A DNA stretch of 40,540 nt, from IMG/VR virus record IMGVR_UViG_3300029770_000021; one strand, given 5' to 3'. The translations under genes and the position numbers were made by a program. Of this stretch, positions 38,992-40,540 are shown piece after piece; within the stretch, counting starts at the first letter, position 1, and the number at the start of each line of letters is the position of its first letter. The notes under the pieces were generated by a model. The model saw nothing but the letters and a program-made list of their open reading frames with translations. It was not told the origin of the DNA and did no database searches. The DNA is from a virus.

Positions 38992-39185
38992 ACAAACCTG
39001 TTTTATACGGATTACTGATGTTTGCCGTGGCTGGCACGACCTTACAATGGTTTTGGGTTTGGCATTTTATCAAGCGCGTATCCGAAATCGAGGAAAAGTT
39101 TTTGCGCGAGTTAGCAATACTTTCCGAGCAGATACCCGCCGATCATGCAAAGCACGCTTGTCAGGATACCGCCCCAAAAGTATAA
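38988..39185 (+). CDS. Small membrane protein (65 aa)
   Basis: AAGGAGG SD and ATGA coupling. N-terminal TM helix. The 3' 75 nt overlap the convergent ORF 39111..39317. Confidence 0.45.
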   Translation: MNKPVLYGLLMFAVAGTTLQWFWVWHFIKRVSEIEEKFLRELAILSEQIPADHAKHACQDTAPKV

Positions 39186-39317
39186 TCTGGCCTTTCTCTC
39201 CGCAGCAATCTTTTCCTCTTGCAGTTTAGAAAACCTTTCTACAACGGGTGGAATGATTCCACCCGTTGCAATCTCTGGCACTTCAATATGAATCCCGGAT
39301 AAATCTTTCTTCATCAT
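39111..39317 (-). CDS. Small C-terminally membrane-anchored protein coupled to the cI-like repressor
   Basis: Its ATG overlaps the repressor stop (ATGA). MMKKDLSGIHIEV...LYFWGGILTSVLCMIGGYLLGKYC. Confidence 0.5.
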   Translation of the reverse strand: MMKKDLSGIHIEVPEIATGGIIPPVVERFSKLQEEKIAAERKARLYFWGGILTSVLCMIGGYLLGKYC

Positions 39318-39682
39318 AGCACCTGCTTTGCACTTAGTACGATTGGCAAAAGTTTTCTGCATTGCTCATCTGATAGGCTATCAATTGCACCCAGCAACGC
39401 TTTCTTTGCGTCACTTACGCCCTCGATCTTCGGATCGGGGGTTTCTTTTATGCTCTTATCTTCCGTTTTGCCCTGGAGCCATTCAACGGACACATTGTAT
39501 TCTTCGGCTATTTGGTACAGCTTTTTATTGTATGAAATGCTGCTTCCGTTCTCCCACATAGCAACGATTGCGCCATCGTTGTATCCAATCTTCTTTGCAA
39601 ATTTCGTTTTTGCGCCATGCACATATTTCCCATCTGGACCCTTGGGGATAAGGCTTAATATGCGCTCCAACACAATGTCCAT
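39314..39682 (-). CDS. cI-like XRE-family repressor
   Basis: KFAKKIGYNDGAIVAMWENGSSISYNKKLYQIAEEYNVSVEWLQG is the HTH. Divergent from the Cro-like gene. Confidence 0.8.
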   Translation of the reverse strand: MDIVLERILSLIPKGPDGKYVHGAKTKFAKKIGYNDGAIVAMWENGSSISYNKKLYQIAEEYNVSVEWLQGKTEDKSIKETPDPKIEGVSDAKKALLGAIDSLSDEQCRKLLPIVLSAKQVL

Positions 39683-39737
39683 AAATAAACCTCAGATTTG
39701 TCACATTCGCCAAAGTTAAAAAAATTTAGGAATCGCT

Positions 39738-39766
39738 ATTGCAAAGTTAAATTTTGTGAGGTATCA
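39738..39766 (+). promoter_or_regulatory. Rightward early promoter within the switch region
   Basis: TTGCAA (39738-43), 17 nt, TATCAT (39761-66). Duplicated CAAAGTTAAA boxes at 39711-20 and 39741-50 may be operators. Confidence 0.45.
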
Positions 39767-39922
39767 TATACCTAAGCCCACCGGAAAAGGGTACACGAAA
39801 ACCAGCCCCCATAAAAGCGGCTTTTGCAATGTCTTTTGGCGATTTCATTGTAATACGCTTTCCGGGTCGTGTCAAGCGTGATTTCTCACATTCATGAGGT
39901 TTCGGCGGGTATTGAAAGGAGG

Positions 39923-40126
39923 ATGCATGATTTGGCATTGAGAGAACTGCGAGAACGTTCCAGCCTGACCCGTGCACAGGTAGCGAAGAAACTGAATGTG
40001 GACTTGTCCTGTGTGACGCATTGGGAACTGGGCGACTGGCGACCGGCACGCAAGTACCACAAGAAGCTGGCGAGGATGTACGGCGTGACGGTGGACGAAC
40101 TGTTCGAATCCAGCAGTGAGCAATAA
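39923..40126 (+). CDS. Cro-like XRE-family HTH protein
   Basis: LRELRERSSLTRAQVAKKLNVDLSCVTHWELGDWRP. The start is ambiguous: ATG 39923 abuts the AGGAGG SD, while TTG 39932 has 9-nt spacing. Confidence 0.75.
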   Translation: MHDLALRELRERSSLTRAQVAKKLNVDLSCVTHWELGDWRPARKYHKKLARMYGVTVDELFESSSEQ

Positions 40127-40139
40127 CAGGAGGAAGAAG

Positions 40140-40289
40140 ATGGAGATTGTAAGCATCACGTTTTCTGCTTTCGCACTTGGCTTTGCGCTGTGTAACGCAA
40201 TTTGGGTATTCTTTGGGCCGTCAGCGCAGGAAGAACGCGAGCGCAGAAAACGCGAGCGAAGCAAGCGCAATCAGAATGGAAACGATTGA
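40140..40289 (+). CDS. Small membrane protein (49 aa) with a basic tail
   Basis: AGGAGG SD. MEIVSITFSAFALGFALCNAIWVFFGPSAQEERERRKRERSKRNQNGND. The 3' 69 nt overlap the convergent gene 40221..40538. Confidence 0.45.
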   Translation: MEIVSITFSAFALGFALCNAIWVFFGPSAQEERERRKRERSKRNQNGND

Positions 40290-40538
40290 TACTACCTTAG
40301 AAAAACGAGAATCTCTTTTAGCAGAATCGGCTTCTTGCTCTGCCAACTGAGCACGGCGATCTGCAGTATCGGCGATGCGGTGAAGTTCTTCCAGAGACTT
40401 TGTATCGACAGCAATTTCTTTCAGGAGTTTTTCATGCCGCCCCGCTGCGGACTGTTCGTATTTGACTTCGGCAATCTCCGCGCGGCGTTGCTCCATTTCG
40501 CGAGATTGCTTAATGTATCGATCGGCTTTTTCGTTCAC
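40221..40538 (-). CDS. Coiled-coil protein with a C-terminal membrane anchor
   Basis: GTG 40538 (= 97) after GGGGGTGA. 105 aa ending SIVSILIALASLAFSALAFFLR. Has its own promoter at 121-149. Confidence 0.65.
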   Translation of the reverse strand: MNEKADRYIKQSREMEQRRAEIAEVKYEQSAAGRHEKLLKEIAVDTKSLEELHRIADTADRRAQLAEQEADSAKRDSRFSKVVSIVSILIALASLAFSALAFFLR

Positions 40539-40540
40539 AC
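40442..40540. repeat. Terminal direct repeat, copy 2
   Basis: Identical to bases 1-99. Confidence 0.95.

Overview
The window is a complete temperate siphovirus-type phage genome. Bases 1-99 are identical to 40442-40540, so the unit is circular or circularly permuted and 40,441 bp long. By gene content the host is Gram-positive and Clostridia-like. Almost all genes are on the plus strand. Module order: (1) small early genes, including Lar-like zinc ribbons (300-1505). (2) Recombination and replication: SSAP-like, NinB-like, SSB, an inserted HNH homing endonuclease, a replisome organizer with an 8x7-bp repeat, an N6/N4 methyltransferase, a frameshifted RusA, and a circularly permuted C5 methyltransferase (1483-8039). 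(3) Small early or middle genes with a second Lar and a duplicated junction (8089-10405). (4) A roughly 700-nt ORF-free, hairpin-rich region with tRNA-like elements (10406-11110). (5) Packaging and head: TerS, TerL, portal, two MGGRG-prefixed proteins, DUF4417-like, MuF with a JAB-like C-terminal domain, scaffold and major capsid. (6) Connector and tail: major tail, chaperones, a reverse-strand SHOCT moron, a tape measure with 6x174-bp repeats, a Gly-rich tail protein and a collagen-like fibre. (7) Lysis: holin plus two lysins. (8) A separately promoted accessory island of low-complexity, Cys-rich proteins (33.3-36.6 kb). (9) Lysogeny: large serine integrase, a membrane-anchored XRE regulator, and a cI-like/Cro-like switch with convergently overlapping small membrane ORFs. 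All functional calls come from motif reading by eye. No searches were run.
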